From: Thermomicrobiales bacterium
Lineage (GTDB): Bacteria > Chloroflexota > Chloroflexia > Thermomicrobiales > UBA6265
DNA: 64,000 bases
Direction: 5' to 3'
Assembly: GCA_049841275.1 (NCBI GenBank)
Contig: JASGDN010000059.1
Location: forward strand, 10,806 to 74,805
Positions 61,712 to 64,000 of the stretch are shown here, piece by piece; the stretch's first letter is position 1, and each line of letters starts with the position of its first letter. The notes beneath the pieces were generated by a model that made no database searches, had not been told where the DNA came from, and was given only the letters and a program-made list of their open reading frames with translations. Position numbers and translations under genes: made by a program.

Positions 61712-62107
61712 ATGTCCATGTCCATCAAGACCGTCATCACGACCGACCGCGCCCCTGCCGCCATCGGCCCGTACAACCAGGCCGTCGTTGCCAATGGCCT
61801 CGTCTACACCGCTGGGGTCATCCCTCTTGACCCGGAAACCATGAAGGTCGTCGAAGGCGGCATCGAGGAGCAGGCCACGCGCGTCCTCGCCAGCCTCGCC
61901 GCCCTGCTCGAAGACGCCGGTTCCTCCACGGCCAACGTCGTCAAGACAACCTGCTTCCTCGCCAATCTCGACGACTTCCCCGCTTTCAACGCCATCTATG
62001 CGTCCATCTTTCCCGCAGAGACGGCGCCCGCGCGCAGCACCGTCCAGGTCGCCAAGCTTCCGATGGGAGTGCTCGTCGAGGTCGAGGCCATCGCCATCCT
62101 CGCTTAG
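61712..62107 (+). CDS. ridA: RidA/YjgF-family reactive-intermediate (enamine/imine) deaminase
   Basis: This is the distal part of ORF 61472..62107. ATG 61712 follows aggaagg. It has APAAIGPYNQAVVANGLVYTAG and RSTVQVAKLPMGVLVEVEAIA. Confidence 0.9.
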   Translation: MSMSIKTVITTDRAPAAIGPYNQAVVANGLVYTAGVIPLDPETMKVVEGGIEEQATRVLASLAALLEDAGSSTANVVKTTCFLANLDDFPAFNAIYASIFPAETAPARSTVQVAKLPMGVLVEVEAIAILA

Positions 62108-62129
62108 CAGAATCCTCGCGCCGGCAGCG

Positions 62130-62161
62130 GCAATGGGACGATTTGAACGTCGTCCCATTGC
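62130..62161 (+). terminator. hairpin after ridA (overlaps tRNA-Val promoter -35)
   Basis: 11-bp stem gcaatgggacg / cgtcccattgc. Confidence 0.45.
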
Positions 62162-62171
62162 TGTGTATACT
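62143..62171 (+). promoter_or_regulatory. sigma-70-type promoter TTGAAC-N17-TATACT for tRNA-Val
   Basis: The hexamers are exactly 17 nt apart, and the -10 lies about 37 nt upstream of the tRNA 5' end. Confidence 0.55.
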
Positions 62172-62207
62172 CCGTGAACCACGGTACAGAGTGCCGTTTC
62201 CTCGCGC

Positions 62208-62284
62208 GGGCGCATAGCTCAGTTGGCCAGAGCGCACGGTTCACATCCGTGAGGTCACAGGTTCAAGTCCTGTTGCGCCCACCA
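62208..62284 (+). tRNA. tRNA-Val (anticodon CAC), CCA encoded
   Basis: GGGCGCA acceptor, anticodon arm CACGG-TTCACAT-CCGTG, T arm ACAGG-TTCAAGT-CCTGT, 3' ACCA. Confidence 0.9.
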
Positions 62285-62292
62285 ACACCATG

Positions 62293-62326
62293 AAACTCCC
62301 CGAAGGAATGATCCTTCGGGGAGTTT
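62293..62326 (+). terminator. intrinsic terminator after tRNA-Val
   Basis: 14-bp perfect stem aaactccccgaagg / ccttcggggagttt with a 6-nt loop. The stem ends in TTT. Confidence 0.7.
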
Positions 62327-62746
62327 GCTGCTCTTCACATTCATCGATCGAGATACATCGTTTTTGATACATTCCGAGCCAGTTTCGCCATACTTTCCGG
62401 CCCCTGCACCGCCGCCGTTCGATTTGCCCGCGCGAAACCCGGCTCCACCCCCCGAAAACCCCCAAACGGAACAACCATTCCGCCTACACGCATCCCTCAT
62501 CCCGCGCATCGTGACATGCTGCACAAAACCCTCGCTCCATCCCGCGAATGAATCCCATTTCTCCTTGACCGCAATCCGGCAGCAGCGGAGAATACCCCCA
62601 CGCACGCCCCCTTCGGGGGGAAGAATCCACGCTATCTCGAGTCGATGTTCGCAGTACGGTCGGAACGAATCAGCAACTCGCACACGCGCGGGACCATCGC
62701 GATTCCGGGTATCGGGTCGAACCGTATCTTCGGGGGGAATGAGGGA

Positions 62747-63475
62747 ATGAGACGCGAGCAAACGCTGGCCGATCGCATCACCGGGTCAGCACTGTGGCGT
62801 TCCGTCGTCCGGCATGGCTATCCGGACACGCAGCGCAACCAGGCCCTGATCATCGCCAGCAATGTGTTCCTGCACATTCACCCGGTGAAGATCAAGCGCT
62901 ACGCCACCAAGGTCACCTACACGTTCTGCCTCGGCGGGCTCTCCTTCTTCATGTTCCTGGTGCTCGTCATGACCGGCGTGCTCCTGATGTTCTACTACGT
63001 GCCATCGGATTCCCAGGCCTATCAGTCGATGCTCGACATCCAGGGGAGCGTCACCTTCGGCCAGCTCATGCGCAACATGCATCGCTGGTCCGCCCAGGGC
63101 ATGGTCATCGCGGTCTTCCTCCATATGGGCCGCGTCTTCTATACCGGCTCCTACAAGCCGCCCCGGGAGTTCAACTGGGTCATCGGCGTGCTCCTGCTCG
63201 TCGTCACCTTCCTGCTCTCCTTCACCGGCTACCTGCTCCCGTGGGACCAGCTCGCCTTCTGGGCCATCACCGTCGGCACCAACATCGGCGGCGCCGCCCC
63301 GATCGTCGGCCCCCAGGTGAACCGCATCCTCCTTGGAGACTTCCAGATCGGCCAAAGCACGCTCATCCGCTTCTACACCCTGCACGTCATCTTCCTACCA
63401 TTGGTGGCAGCCTTCCTGATGGCCGTCCACTTCTGGCGGATCCGCAAGGACGGCGGCATCTCCGGCCCGCTCTAG
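62747..63475 (+). CDS. cytochrome b, N-terminal (b6-like, haem-binding) subunit
   Basis: ORF 62645..63475. ATG 62747 follows gagggaa. It has [58 protein letters not shown] and [10 protein letters not shown]. Confidence 0.9.
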   Translation: MRREQTLADRITGSALWRSVVRHGYPDTQRNQALIIASNVFLHIHPVKIKRYATKVTYTFCLGGLSFFMFLVLVMTGVLLMFYYVPSDSQAYQSMLDIQGSVTFGQLMRNMHRWSAQGMVIAVFLHMGRVFYTGSYKPPREFNWVIGVLLLVVTFLLSFTGYLLPWDQLAFWAITVGTNIGGAAPIVGPQVNRILLGDFQIGQSTLIRFYTLHVIFLPLVAAFLMAVHFWRIRKDGGISGPL

Positions 63476-63531
63476 GCCGCTCGCCACGCTGCATTCCGGC
63501 CTGGACGGCCTGAAGGGAGAGAGAAGAACCC

Positions 63532-64000
63532 ATGGCAGTTGCTGAACACGCCCCAAATCAGAATCCGGGGGCCGCAATCGACGAGCAGAAGCGGCAGAAA
63601 CTGCTCGAACTCGTGCGGGGCCGCGCGCTCGCCCGCCCCACCGACCTCGCCGATGACGAGGTGATGGTCTGGCCATCCCTCGTCGTGGTGGAGGCCGTCT
63701 GCGCGGTCGTCTTCCTCGCGATCCTCACCGCGCTCTCGGTGCTCGTCAACGCGCCGCTGCTGGAACGGGCGAATCCGAACCAGACACCGAACCCATCCAA
63801 GGCACCGTGGTACTTCCTGAACCTGCAGGAAATGCTGCTGCACATGGACGCGGGCCTCGCCGGCGTCATCGTGCCGACGGTCGCCCTGGTCGCCATCGCG
63901 ACCATTCCCTACTTCGACCGCAGCCCGCTCGGCGTCGGCATCCTCGGCACCTCTACCAAGGGGCGCCAGATCATCGCCTTCTCCGCCGTCTTCACGACGG
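63532..64000 (+). CDS. cytochrome b C-terminal (subunit-IV-like) protein, truncated by the right window edge
   Basis: Absent from the ORF track because it is edge-truncated. Hand translation from ATG 63532 (after gaagggagagag) is open to position 64000 and contains SKAPWYFLNLQEMLLH, the PEWY-type motif region. Confidence 0.8.
   Translation, partial: MAVAEHAPNQNPGAAIDEQKRQKLLELVRGRALARPTDLADDEVMVWPSLVVVEAVCAVVFLAILTALSVLVNAPLLERANPNQTPNPSKAPWYFLNLQEMLLHMDAGLAGVIVPTVALVAIATIPYFDRSPLGVGILGTSTKGRQIIAFSAVFTT

Overview
High-GC bacterial chromosomal segment, mostly core genome. By inference it is Chloroflexota/Thermomicrobia-like, based on the 16S signature 'GCAAGGAATTTTCCGCAATGGGGG', a split cytochrome b, a short EF-Ts and frequent Tat signals; I could not verify this by search. 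About 55 protein genes are supported. They include a cell-envelope glycan-type cluster (GtrA, FAD oxidoreductase, polytopic membrane protein), ctpA-like S41 protease, ilvE, ROK glucokinase, hslVU, topA, dprA and an HpcH-type aldolase. A tightly overlapped operon runs oppD/F-like ATPases, M50 protease, HD protein, scpA, scpB and an APH-like kinase. Further genes are Rrf2-nifS, an M50-CBS protease, rpoN (sigma-54), a complete liv-type ABC transporter, a sulfatase, a COG2706-type lactonase, two bactofilins plus an SH3b membrane protein, rpsB-tsf-frr-uppS-cdsA-dxr, comF, a family-B DNA polymerase, ridA and a split cytochrome b at the right edge. RNA genes are one complete rRNA operon on the minus strand (16S, tRNA-Ile, tRNA-Ala, 23S, 5S, tRNA-fMet), tRNA-Arg(CCG) and tRNA-Val(CAC). 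I saw no CRISPR array, IS element, integrase or recognisable defence system. The most unusual content is a locus (35.2-42.7 kb) with two paralogous Tat-exported quinoprotein-type beta-propeller proteins, each fused to a C-terminal type-1 copper (cupredoxin) domain. They bracket two genes of unknown function and sit next to a lactonase. Secondary points are a sigma-54 with a CxxC-x8-CxxC insertion, an intact family-B polymerase in a housekeeping context, a bactofilin/SH3b module, several long low-GC intergenic regions, and G-tract-rich rRNA leader and spacers. Many long ORFs in the track are antisense shadows of real genes, which is typical of high-GC DNA, and were rejected. Two edge-truncated genes absent from the track were recovered by hand translation.
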